From IMG/VR virus record IMGVR_UViG_3300044641_005618: DNA of 64,000 nucleotides, one strand, 5' to 3'. Shown here one piece after another: positions 19,701-28,644 of the stretch; the first letter of the stretch is position 1, and each line of letters begins with the position of its first letter. The stretch comes from a virus. Taxonomy: Duplodnaviria > Caudoviricetes. The notes under the pieces were generated by a model, which ran no database searches, was not told the DNA's origin, and saw only the letters and a program-made list of their open reading frames with translations. The position numbers and the translations under genes are program-made.

Positions 19701-19946
19701 TTAGTTCTCAGGACTTGTGGAGCCATGGCCAGGGCCATAAGTACAAAGGGCGACAGGGCTGCCGTTCTCCGTGCCTTCGGTCCAGTTTCCCCCAGATCGA
19801 ACACAGTCACTCATTCTGTACGGACTTTTACCGAATAGTAAACTCGATGAAACAGAGAGGAGTATGACAGTAATAGCGACGCAAATTACGAGTTCTATGA
19901 GAGTGAAGCCGTCAGGTTCTTTCGGCTTAAGCTGTTGCATTTTCAT
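19701..19946 (-). CDS. Type IV prepilin-like protein
   Basis: DGFTLIELVICVAI cleavage/N-methylation motif, hydrophobic helix, two Cys. Confidence 0.8.
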   Translation of the reverse strand: MKMQQLKPKEPDGFTLIELVICVAITVILLSVSSSLLFGKSPYRMSDCVRSGGNWTEGTENGSPVALCTYGPGHGSTSPEN

Positions 19947-20209
19947 GGACTAACCTCAAGAGAATTACATTCGATGGTGAAAAACGGTGTTGCACGGGTA
20001 GGCAGTATTGTGAATACAATCCCGAGCACTCTTGCAACATCTGCCACAAACCCCACGTCTACCTCGGAGCCTCGCTCAATCTTTCGAAGAAGTTCTACGG
20101 GTATTTGTGCGGCAAACGCAATGTCCTGCTTGGACCATCCCTGAGAAAGCCGTGCTTCGCACAATTGAGTCCCAAATCGTTGGGCGTGGGTTGAGTCGTA
20201 GAAAATCAT
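19943..20209 (-). CDS. Cro/C1-type HTH protein
   Basis: ARLSQGWSKQDIAFAAQIPVELLRKIERG. Confidence 0.8.
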   Translation of the reverse strand: MIFYDSTHAQRFGTQLCEARLSQGWSKQDIAFAAQIPVELLRKIERGSEVDVGFVADVARVLGIVFTILPTRATPFFTIECNSLEVSP

Positions 20210-20262
20210 TAGGCAGGACAGCTATGGGAAAGGGTGACAACCGAAGTTACCACCCTACGGGG

Positions 20263-20652
20263 TTAAATGCGAGTGATGCAAACGTTAGCGAGTCCACTCT
20301 CAGTTACTCGAAGACGCTGAGCAGATCCGTGCCCCAGGTCGATGATTCGTCCACCGACATAGGGTCCTCGGTCGTTAATGCGAACGTCGGCAATAAGACC
20401 GTTGTCGCGATTGACAACTCGCACCCAAGACCCGAGGGGGAGGTACGGGTGAGCAGCGGTCATGGTTCCGGGTCGGAAAGTCTCCCCGTTGGCAGTTTTA
20501 TTTCCGTAGAGGCCTGGACCGTACCAGCTGGCTTGACCGCACTGCTTGGCTTGAGCGGGTGCTCCGGAGAGAAGTCCGGCGGCGAGAAAGAATGAAGCGA
20601 GTCTTGTAAGACGCATGAAAAAAGTAGAGTTCAACATCCGTGTTCGTTGCAT
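20263..20652 (-). CDS. rlpA: RlpA-family (DPBB) lytic transglycosylase-like protein
   Basis: GQASWYG..TANGETF..TAAH..LPLGS.VRV.N..VRINDRGPY..RIIDL; start uncertain. Confidence 0.9.
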   Translation of the reverse strand: MQRTRMLNSTFFMRLTRLASFFLAAGLLSGAPAQAKQCGQASWYGPGLYGNKTANGETFRPGTMTAAHPYLPLGSWVRVVNRDNGLIADVRINDRGPYVGGRIIDLGHGSAQRLRVTESGLANVCITRI

Positions 20653-20771
20653 TACGCAACCACGGCTCAGTGCCCGTTGGCCCAGCGAAGGTATACCTAG
20701 CTGAAGCCGTTTCAGGCTGGACCCAAGTTTAGCTCGTGAAAGGCCCAAGGTAAAGTTCGGGAAACCGCCCA

Positions 20772-21410
20772 TCAACCTTCCTCCTGGCGCAACAACGCCA
20801 AGTTGTTCTCATAGAAGAGGCGAAGGTTGTCGTAGGTTTTAACCGGCTGACCGTAGTAGCTGCTTCCATTGTAAGTTGGAAGGGAAGCCCATTCTGGTGC
20901 GAGTCTTGCGAGTAGAGTTGGGGTAATCTTCCCAGAGTCAGCGATGTGCAAAGCGTCGCGTCGCTCGATTAAGTACAAGGCAGCCTGATCCTGGTTAGTG
21001 GGACCGAAATCGCTCAGGTTGAGCTTTCGGGCTGCCTCATACCAAGTACTTGGCAGAAACTGGTAGGCCCCCGCTGCTGCGCTAGCATAACGCGGCGAGT
21101 AGCGTACTTGGTTAGGGTGTCGGTCTAGCGTGGATACCATTCCACCCCCGAATACAACTCGGTAGCCGTCATTATGGCCTTCTTTCCAGGTTCCCTCGGC
21201 GAAGCGAATGGTGTTTAGTAGAGCTCTACGCTCAGGGGTGAGTTTGTAAGCGAGAGTCGGCAGAGAATTGATTGGACCGCAGCCTGTGCAAATGAAGCGC
21301 GATTCGAAAGTTGTTTCTGGGGCAATGTCCCTAGCGGCAACGGTGTTGCTGAAAGGGGTTGCAGCAGTTCCAACGAGGGAAACGGCCACAAATGTAGTGA
21401 GGTTGAGCAT
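20772..21410 (-). CDS. Lambda-like muramidase (GH104/GH24 type) with signal peptide
   Basis: ALLNTIRFAEG, SAAAGAYQFL, DFGPTNQD, LAPEWASLP. Confidence 0.85.
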   Translation of the reverse strand: MLNLTTFVAVSLVGTAATPFSNTVAARDIAPETTFESRFICTGCGPINSLPTLAYKLTPERRALLNTIRFAEGTWKEGHNDGYRVVFGGGMVSTLDRHPNQVRYSPRYASAAAGAYQFLPSTWYEAARKLNLSDFGPTNQDQAALYLIERRDALHIADSGKITPTLLARLAPEWASLPTYNGSSYYGQPVKTYDNLRLFYENNLALLRQEEG

Positions 21411-21613
21411 TTACTAAAGAGAATTCGGCATCCGTATAGGAAACGGTCACTCACCTGTTTCAAGGTGCATTTTCCCACGGCACATTTTATTTAAGAGCGC
21501 AATGTTAGGCTCCGAGTCCTACCTTGTCTGTGAAGACAAGGAACTCACTCATAATGGGCGACGTATTTACGTCTCAGGACTTTCACAGTATAGTCCTTTC
21601 TCGAGTTGGTAAA

Positions 21614-21802
21614 CTACCCGGCGTTGAAGGCGATAGGTATGTGTTCCACGCAATATTCACGGAATAATTCTTTCGTTTCTTACCAGCTTTCTTCTCTCGC
21701 TGGCTTTCCGAGTGCAGCGGCTGCTTGAGGAATGTTCCACTGGGCTGTGAAAAGCTTTTTCATTGCTTCGCCGTAAGCGATCTCACTGCGAGAGATTTTC
21801 AC
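21614..21802 (-). pseudogene. Small gene with in-frame TAA at 21680-21682
   Basis: VKISRSE..AQWNIPQAAAALGKPAREESW*ETKELFREYCVEH reads as one protein. Confidence 0.5.
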
Positions 21803-21955
21803 AGAGTGGTTTTGTACCGGTTTAACCCTTTCAGAAAGGTTTTCATGTCTGGGGTCTGGGCAGCATCCTGTCGAAACTGCTCACGGGAATCCGCTGCAAT
21901 GTTCTGTATAAGTGCCGCGAGAGTGCGGCTGGTTGTAGGGTCGTTAAGGTTCATT

Positions 21956-23176
21956 TTAGTCCGGTGTTAATTCAGGGTCGTTCGCTACGATGATTGCTCC
22001 ACGGTTGAGAACAACCCAGAAGTCTTGGCCGTCTGTTTGAGGAACTCTGTACGCATGTATCCCGAGTGATGCAGCGGCGGATCCAACATCGTGATGGTCA
22101 TACCCTGTTATCTCTCTTGCCTTTTTCAATGTTTCTTCTTCCCACTGCTTAAACTGCTTCCCCTCCCCCTCAAACTGAACGAGTCGTGCGTCGGACCGAA
22201 ATGCAAAAGCTGAAACCATGGTTGTGGCGTTTCTCCAGTCACCTGTATAGTCTTTCGCTGTCTCTTGGGCCCACTTATCATGTTTAACCTTGCCAGATGA
22301 AGGTGAAGAAGCAGAGTAACTCCCACTCCCGTAAATCCCGCCACCAGGAAAGTGCTTGTCTCCGTCTGGACCACCACCTTTGAACTGCAAGGAAAACTCA
22401 TTTGAACTTACGCCGCGATAGGCTACAATTGGCCTTCCGTCAGGGTTCCTAGCTATATCCTTTCTTGACTCTAGTTCCGATCGTGTTGCAACAACTTCCG
22501 GTCGAGCATGAAAACCTTGTCGTTCGTACACAGACGTGAGAATCGGTGGTAACAGAGTGCCCTTGCGAGCACTCGAAAGTGTTCGACCGAGCTCCATACC
22601 TTCCTTTTGCAGGTGTAAAAGCTTCTCTCTTGACACGTCGTCGGTAGGCTCTCCTATTGCTCGGACTCTTTTCTTCAGTGCTTCAAGTTCTTTTTCAAGA
22701 AGCTCAACCTCTTTCTCAACCGTGGCTTTCGGTAGAGGTTTGCTCGATCCGGGTGTTTGCGTGTACTTCGGTGAGTTTCTCCCTAATTCTTCGTATTGAC
22801 TCTGAAGAGCTCCCTTTTGTTGTGTCTGCTCTGCCTTCTTCTCCAAGTGGGACTTTAGGCGAAGATACCGCAAGGCGGTAAGTGCACTCTCAGTGAGATG
22901 TGTGCGGTACCCCGGCTTTGACAAGAGCATTCCCTCAAGAGTCTTTAGATTCTTGTTTAGATCGTCAGAGCCATTCTTTTGGTAAAGTTCTACACTCTTA
23001 AGCACAGACTCTCGTCGAATGCTGCGAGTTTCCTTTGCGGACTCCACCCCCTTGCGACATTGTCCTGCCGTACCGTACACCCCACCGTCCGGTTTCACAC
23101 AACGGGTAAAGTCGTGCACAAACGCCAGGGTATCAGGGGAAATTTCTCCGTACATTCGTACAACCGAAGCAAGCAC
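21956..23176 (-). CDS. Protein with N-terminal DFxRC-xxDG-xxYGT-xGxCRKG module and C-terminal ADP-ribosyltransferase-like domain
   Basis: IVAYRGVS and GGGIYGSGSYSAS resemble ART/PARP-like strands. Confidence 0.45.
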   Translation of the reverse strand: MLASVVRMYGEISPDTLAFVHDFTRCVKPDGGVYGTAGQCRKGVESAKETRSIRRESVLKSVELYQKNGSDDLNKNLKTLEGMLLSKPGYRTHLTESALTALRYLRLKSHLEKKAEQTQQKGALQSQYEELGRNSPKYTQTPGSSKPLPKATVEKEVELLEKELEALKKRVRAIGEPTDDVSREKLLHLQKEGMELGRTLSSARKGTLLPPILTSVYERQGFHARPEVVATRSELESRKDIARNPDGRPIVAYRGVSSNEFSLQFKGGGPDGDKHFPGGGIYGSGSYSASSPSSGKVKHDKWAQETAKDYTGDWRNATTMVSAFAFRSDARLVQFEGEGKQFKQWEEETLKKAREITGYDHHDVGSAAASLGIHAYRVPQTDGQDFWVVLNRGAIIVANDPELTPD

Positions 23177-23185
23177 TAAGGTACT

Positions 23186-23593
23186 TTACCCCTCCGCGTG
23201 GTTCTCCAAGCGGCCTTCCCGCATTAGTGAGAAAAAATGTGAAGCTACCGTTTGCCCCTTGATGTCCACCGGCGTAGCCCTGAGAGGAACCCATAAAGGG
23301 AACTCAGAGAGCAAATAACGGTGGTCTTCGTCGACCAGGCACGCTAGGGCACTGGGGTCAAACCCCTTGTAGTCCGGATCGTGAAATTCTACCACCGAGA
23401 GTCCGTAACTCCGAAGAACACACGAGAGTTGCAAAAGCTCCCACTTGTTCTCAGCCGATAGCCATACGAAAGGCGGGTGGTCTTGGGCTAAAGAATCAGG
23501 GTGTACTCTCGCAAACTCAACTTGTGCGTGAGCCGCCTGAATAGCTTGCTGAGCAGGGTCAAGGTCGCGGCGTGTGATCGCGTAGAAATGCAT
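23186..23593 (-). CDS. Peptidyl-tRNA hydrolase II-like protein
   Basis: FYAITRRDL..AQQAIQAAHA N-terminal signature. Confidence 0.6.
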   Translation of the reverse strand: MHFYAITRRDLDPAQQAIQAAHAQVEFARVHPDSLAQDHPPFVWLSAENKWELLQLSCVLRSYGLSVVEFHDPDYKGFDPSALACLVDEDHRYLLSEFPLWVPLRATPVDIKGQTVASHFFSLMREGRLENHAEG

Positions 23594-23609
23594 TTGCGGT
23601 TTCGAGAGC

Positions 23610-24491
23610 TTAAGTAAGGGTATTATACGTTATTTCAGAGTAGAAACAAGGGGGGGAAACCGCCCCAAACGAAAGGTCGTACAAAGTGCTTGCTATGAGC
23701 AAAAGTCTTTCACTGTCGTGCAACCCTGAAATCCACCGCTTTGGTATAGCCTTATACCCGTAGTAAGCACCCGCTAGCTGCCCCGTAATCGCAGCAACCG
23801 TGTCTGAGTCGTCCCCATAGTTCACAGCCTGCAGGATGGCCTCTTTAAAGGACGAAGTTGACCCAAAGTGGTAGAGAGCAGCGTCTAAGGACTTCGGTGC
23901 GTACCCGGAATTTTCAATTCCCTCCGGCGAGACTTCAGGTTTCTCCCCCGTACCATTCAAGTATCGGTGCAGCAAACGACCGAGATCTTTGCATAGGTCG
24001 GATGCCAAGTGGCCATGGGTTGTTGAGGATGACGCGTCACAAGCTGCTACAGCGTCCCCCTCACTCGATTTGTGGTAAACAATAGAAACGGGGGACAAAC
24101 GCATCAAAGACCCGTTTCCTTTCGAATTCTCCGGATAGAGACTCAAAGACCCCTCAACGAGAAAAGTCTCAATTGCACGGAGTGTTCCATTGCCGATGTC
24201 AAAACAGACTCCTGTTGAGCTGTTCCTTCCGTACTCGTACCAGTTGGAGTACCGACGCATTTGGTCTCCAAGATTGATCTGCCCATTGCAATGAATAAAA
24301 GACTCGGCAAGGCAAACAGCCTGCGATGTGTCGTCCGTCCAGTACCCTGAAGGCAGATTAAAGGGTCCTCCTTCTCGGTAGCCTGTGACTGGCTCGAATG
24401 TCCCTGGGGCTGAAAACTCCACTGGCGCACCCATCGCGTCACCAATTGCAAGGCCAATAAAGGCTCCGAGGCATTTGTCAAAAGTTGTCAT
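23610..24491 (-). CDS. ADP-ribosylglycohydrolase (DraG/ARH family)
   Basis: GLAIGDAMGAP, WTDDT, GNGSLMR, GDDSDTVAAITG. Confidence 0.92.
   Translation of the reverse strand: MTTFDKCLGAFIGLAIGDAMGAPVEFSAPGTFEPVTGYREGGPFNLPSGYWTDDTSQAVCLAESFIHCNGQINLGDQMRRYSNWYEYGRNSSTGVCFDIGNGTLRAIETFLVEGSLSLYPENSKGNGSLMRLSPVSIVYHKSSEGDAVAACDASSSTTHGHLASDLCKDLGRLLHRYLNGTGEKPEVSPEGIENSGYAPKSLDAALYHFGSTSSFKEAILQAVNYGDDSDTVAAITGQLAGAYYGYKAIPKRWISGLHDSERLLLIASTLYDLSFGAVSPPCFYSEITYNTLT
23621..23666 (-). promoter_or_regulatory. Degenerate composite promoter copy
   Basis: plus: attatacg..agaaacaaggggggg aaaccgcccc. Confidence 0.6.
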
Positions 24492-24727
24492 TTTTCCAAG
24501 TTGGTTTAAGAGGAGTGAACGGACCTGAGCTATTTGCGGGGAGCAAGGTAGCACTAAGAAACAGTGGCCTTACACTCTACACAAGTGCGATGCTCCCGCT
24601 CCCTTGAGTCGTAGGCTCCTAGACCTGGTGTAGACTGACCGGGAAGTACGTTGCCCCACGTGTAGGTTGGGGACCCGCACCAGGGGCAGGCGGTTGAGTC
24701 TAAAATCAACGAGGATAGCATTCGATG

Positions 24728-25423
24728 TTAAGCACGGGGAACCTTACCTCGAAAGGATATCTTAGCGTCAAAACCCTTCTGTGTCAACCGGTCCTTGTCC
24801 GATACATTGACAGGTGGAACATTGTCTGGGCTATCCCTCAGCGAGGTAATAAACATTGATATATTTTGGTACATTTGCTCAGCAGGAATTACTGAGGCGA
24901 AGCCCAATTTTCCAAGGTTTGGGATCTCGCGACTTACGGCCACTTGAGGCGACTTTTTAAGTCCGCTGAGCCTCGGAGTGGGCTCTATCACGAATACGGG
25001 AACCTGAAGTTGTCTTGAGATATCCACACAACTTTTGTTCGGAACACCCCATATTTCGTCCATCCTAATTTCTTCGAACCATCTCCGGTGGCTGCTGTGT
25101 AGCATGCGCAAGGATGGGTGGTCTTCTGTAATTAGTTTCCAATCGGGTGTGGAACTTTCTTTTGAAACAAGAAGGTAGAGCTCTCCGCAAACTGAGCACC
25201 ACTTAAACACCCAAGGAAGGATCTCCCCGTAGTAGTTTCGTCTGCAAGGTACGTCAGGTATGTTGTCGGTTTGGTTCACGTTTACGTACACATTCGAAGA
25301 GTCCGATTGACCAGACTGTGACAGCTCTCTGCGAACGTACGTGTTTGAGGGGTCACCACCTTCTTGAGAGTACAAGTACTCCACATAGTCGTAGTAGTCC
25401 TTGAACTTTGACTGAATCTTCAT
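24728..25423 (-). CDS. Conserved-looking hypothetical phage protein
   Basis: MKIQSKFKDYYD...KGFDAKISFR. Confidence 0.7.
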   Translation of the reverse strand: MKIQSKFKDYYDYVEYLYSQEGGDPSNTYVRRELSQSGQSDSSNVYVNVNQTDNIPDVPCRRNYYGEILPWVFKWCSVCGELYLLVSKESSTPDWKLITEDHPSLRMLHSSHRRWFEEIRMDEIWGVPNKSCVDISRQLQVPVFVIEPTPRLSGLKKSPQVAVSREIPNLGKLGFASVIPAEQMYQNISMFITSLRDSPDNVPPVNVSDKDRLTQKGFDAKISFRGKVPRA

Positions 25424-25477
25424 TGTTCCTACTGATTTGGGCTCTGCCTGGTTCTGTTAGGATAACGTGTTGGTGGC

Positions 25478-25687
25478 TTAGAGAGATGCTAGTACGGTGA
25501 ACGCCTCAAGAGTGTCGTAAGTTTGGGATCGTCCCCAGTGATTTCTGGCTTCCTTGTCCCACCACTCTGACGGCAACACATCGGAACCAACTCGGGGGCC
25601 AAACTCAGTTACTAGCCATCTCTCCCTATCAGGGGTCCAGTCGGCTATATATTTTCCCCCATCGGGTCCCTTCAGTAGCATTATCAT
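25478..25687 (-). CDS. Hypothetical protein
   Basis: ORF track. Confidence 0.55.
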   Translation of the reverse strand: MIMLLKGPDGGKYIADWTPDRERWLVTEFGPRVGSDVLPSEWWDKEARNHWGRSQTYDTLEAFTVLASL

Positions 25688-26052
25688 ACTCTGTCCAACC
25701 GCCGTGAGACTTCTCTCGCCGCTTCTTCAGCGTTTTCCGCTTTCTGCCTCAAGTCCAGGATGATACGGGCAAGGTTAATAAACACTTTCTCTTGAGACAC
25801 GGACAAGTTCGTCCAGTTAATTCCCGCGTCGCTCGTCGGATTCGGGGTGACCTCTTCGGTGTTCAAACCAGACAAGATCTCCCGCATGACCTGGTGTGTG
25901 TCCCACTCCACCTTAAACCGGTAGAAGTCTTCTGAACTTTTGAAATCTGCCCAATTAAATACACCGTAGTTTCGTATTTCTACGGGGTACAACATTAGTT
26001 TCTTGGCCTTTTTCTTTCCTGAAGGACTAAGGGCCTTTAGTTCAAGGTTCAC
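25684..26052 (-). CDS. Hypothetical protein
   Basis: ORF track. Confidence 0.6.
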   Translation of the reverse strand: MNLELKALSPSGKKKAKKLMLYPVEIRNYGVFNWADFKSSEDFYRFKVEWDTHQVMREILSGLNTEEVTPNPTSDAGINWTNLSVSQEKVFINLARIILDLRQKAENAEEAAREVSRRLDRV

Positions 26053-26109
26053 AGTGTTTCAGCGTGGGTTGGAGTGTAGGGTGCTGTTTTGGCCAGGAAA
26101 GTTGGCGGT

Positions 26110-26430
26110 GTAAGGGGGCCGAAACCCCCCGAGTTATGAGTCAGAGTGCGGTTGCTCAAACGGCAACGGCAATCCTCTCGAATTTGACGATGTTGTTAGC
26201 GTCTATTTTGTGCTTATGCAAGCGGCTTTCACTCAGGCGACATCTTTACCCTAGCGAGACCATGGCACCCCCTTGACTAGAGGTGGGAGTTTAACCCACA
26301 GTGACCCTGCCTTCTCAGTAAGTCGGAAGGTTGAAGAAGGGACGGTCACGTTCTCAAATGGAGGTGAGGGGATTCGAACCCCTGTATAGGGCACTATCTT
26401 CCAGAGCTACCCCTAGTTTAGAGTCGTATG
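26110..26430 (-). ncRNA. ssrA: Circularly permuted (two-piece) tmRNA
   Basis: T-arm and 3' acceptor CAGGGGTTCGAATCCCCT-CACCTCCA end at 26359; 86-nt intervening segment; 5' GGGGGTG starts 26272 (G3.U70); tag ANNIVKFERIAVAV* at 26200-26156. Confidence 0.9.
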
Positions 26431-26444
26431 GTAGGACTGTCCGC

Positions 26445-26642
26445 CTAATAAACTCCTATTCTTAGCCCACTCGTTTCAGGGGCGGGAGTTGACCACGAGC
26501 TTACCCCTATGCAAGCTCCGGACGGTAAATTGAGTTGTAGGTATTCTCCGCAGTGTGAGCCCTGGTAATCTTTAACCTCTAAGTAAGAGTAGCTCAGAAT
26601 GTCTCCGTTTTCTACCAACTTTTCTAGGTCTCCTTCAGTCAT
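26445..26642 (-). CDS. Hypothetical protein
   Basis: ORF track. Confidence 0.55.
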   Translation of the reverse strand: MTEGDLEKLVENGDILSYSYLEVKDYQGSHCGEYLQLNLPSGACIGVSSWSTPAPETSGLRIGVY

Positions 26643-26899
26643 GACACATTAAGCCCCTCAAGTTTCGGTTTCACGTCGTACTTCCGTACTAAAAGTGCTA
26701 AAAGCTCTTTCTTCAGCCCCTTAAACACCCCTACAACTTGGTCCTGAGGGACAGCGTAGCAGGGTCCAACCCTGGTGCTCGCCCACGGGATAACCTGCCT
26801 CGTACTGAGTATTTCTTTTTGGAACTTATAGAGTAGGTTATCCACTTCAATCATAAGGTTTAGTTTGTAGTCATCTTCGGAACAATCAAGGTGAGACAT
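26639..26899 (-). CDS. Hypothetical protein
   Basis: ORF track. Confidence 0.55.
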   Translation of the reverse strand: MSHLDCSEDDYKLNLMIEVDNLLYKFQKEILSTRQVIPWASTRVGPCYAVPQDQVVGVFKGLKKELLALLVRKYDVKPKLEGLNVS

Positions 26900-26911
26900 T
26901 GTGTTAACAGT

Positions 26912-27082
26912 TTAACTGTGAGATGGGGTGAGTAAACCGGCTTCAGAATTCATGAGAACACACTCTGCTTGCACAGAAGGGTGCCAGAATCCTTTTATCT
27001 CGGAAAACGGGACGTAGTTTTCCCTGGCCCAGCTACGAAAAGAGTCCTCTTCTTCAGCTGTGAGACTACGATAGAGTTCCAT
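26912..27082 (-). CDS. Small hypothetical protein (below track cutoff)
   Basis: MELYRSLTAEEEDSFRSWARENYVP..FWHPSVQAEC, 56 aa, translated by hand. Confidence 0.65.
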   Translation of the reverse strand: MELYRSLTAEEEDSFRSWARENYVPFSEIKGFWHPSVQAECVLMNSEAGLLTPSHS

Positions 27083-27269
27083 GGACTTTGCGGGAGTTAC
27101 CTGAGAGTGTTTTTAGTGTAGTCAAAACCGGGACTTCTGGCGAAAGACCCTGCTTCGGGAGACCCTGAATAGAGCAGAGAGGGATAGTGCCACAATTATC
27201 AGGATCCAGAGGCCATCCACAACTGTGCTACTCAGGGCTATGGGGTCTCCCAAGGTCTGCGAGGGGACT

Positions 27270-27569
27270 TCAGTCTGAGTCTGGTGACGCTTTTCCATTT
27301 GGTGAGAAGGGCGGAGTAAGCAGTGTGGGGTTGAAGGGGACGAGAACCTCGGACCAGAAGGAGTCACCGTTGGGGCACTTGTAGAGAAACTCCCAAGTTT
27401 GTGTCCCAACACTTTGTGCTCCAGCGATTAACTTGCAGCTTTCCTCTGTGACTTTCTGAGCGTCCTTTGACCAGAAAGGTCTCCACCCCTCCGGGTGGTA
27501 TGCGAAAGCAGGTTGTGCCGAAGAAAACGAGCATAGGGCGCAGAGGATTAAGCTCAGTATAAACTTCAT
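27270..27569 (-). CDS. Secreted hypothetical protein
   Basis: Signal peptide MKFILSLILCALCSFSSA. Confidence 0.6.
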   Translation of the reverse strand: MKFILSLILCALCSFSSAQPAFAYHPEGWRPFWSKDAQKVTEESCKLIAGAQSVGTQTWEFLYKCPNGDSFWSEVLVPFNPTLLTPPFSPNGKASPDSD

Positions 27570-27746
27570 AGGGGCAGGGTTAAAGGACAAGATCCCAGTT
27601 AGGGTCTCCCGAGAGGTCGACCCATACGCAGTACCCACTCTTGGAAGAGACAAGTACTTTGTTGCCAGTGCGTTTTTCCAGCCGAACGGCGCTGTCACCG
27701 CCCATCGACTTTTCCAGGGCTGCCCTGGCTTTGTTTGACCGGGGGA

Positions 27747-27989
27747 CTAAGCGCATTCCTCCATCTCAGGGTGGTACAGCGGAGTGGTAAGACTCCCCCA
27801 GTTATCGCCTAGGAAGGCCAGGAACCCTGGGACAAGAGTGTCGCTGTAGAAGGGGTCTAGGTCCTCTGGGACTCGGCTATAAGCCGTGGGGCTCAGCTTC
27901 ATGAGCTGGTTAACAAGGTGTTGACCCCACCGAATACCCTTGGTCTGGGGTTGGTTGGAAGCCCATTCGACAAATTCCTGAAAGTCCAT
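27747..27989 (-). CDS. Hypothetical protein
   Basis: RWGQHLVN..DPFY motif. Confidence 0.65.
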   Translation of the reverse strand: MDFQEFVEWASNQPQTKGIRWGQHLVNQLMKLSPTAYSRVPEDLDPFYSDTLVPGFLAFLGDNWGSLTTPLYHPEMEECA

Positions 27990-28042
27990 TGGGTCTCCTG
28001 AGTTAGGGGGCTAAGTGTCTGAGCACCGCTGCTCATGTAAAT

Positions 28043-28105
28043 ACTATACCGTTTCTTCGGAGCAGAAACAAGACGGGAAACCGCCCAGGATCAAACGGTT
28101 AACCG
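28043..28105 (-). promoter_or_regulatory. Composite promoter copy with two upstream boxes
   Basis: plus: actataccgtttcttcggagcagaaacaagacgggaaacc..acggttaaccg. Confidence 0.8.
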
Positions 28106-28134
28106 TTCCCGGTCTGGCCAAGAAACTACAGGAC

Positions 28135-28623
28135 TCAGGTGAAGGAAGGCTCAAGGAGCAACGACAGCATTTCCTGTATGGTCGCGTAGATGGGATCTTC
28201 AACTGTAAAGGCGAACTTTTCGGTTGCCTTGTCGTCAATCCACTCTCTCACTCCTGTTCCGAACTCGGTGGACCTTGCGTACCAATCGCAAACCATCTCC
28301 GCGACGTAAACTTTGGGCATGTCGTGAATGCTCCCCCAGTATTCAGGGTGGTGCGGGTTTACTGACTGGTGGTGTTTTACGACTTCGGACAGCAAGGGGT
28401 CTGAGTGAAAAAGGTGTGCAAACTCAATTCCCTTGAACTTTGAATTGTCATGGATCTGCCCGTTTGCGATTAAGTTGCGCCCCAGCTCAATGTCGCCACG
28501 TTTCATTAGCTTCAGGCCAAGCTTGTAACAGCTCCTCTGCACGTTTTTTATGTGGGAGAAAACCAACTCAATTTTTTCGACGGCTTCAGTCTCAATTGTC
28601 ATGTGAGTAGTAAGCATTCGCAC
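28135..28623 (-). CDS. DUF5662-like (HD-related) protein
   Basis: HIKNV, HDNSKF, HH..N.HHPEYW, EMVCDW. Confidence 0.7.
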   Translation of the reverse strand: MRMLTTHMTIETEAVEKIELVFSHIKNVQRSCYKLGLKLMKRGDIELGRNLIANGQIHDNSKFKGIEFAHLFHSDPLLSEVVKHHQSVNPHHPEYWGSIHDMPKVYVAEMVCDWYARSTEFGTGVREWIDDKATEKFAFTVEDPIYATIQEMLSLLLEPSFT

Positions 28624-28644
28624 AGAAAAATGTTACCCTTGCTC

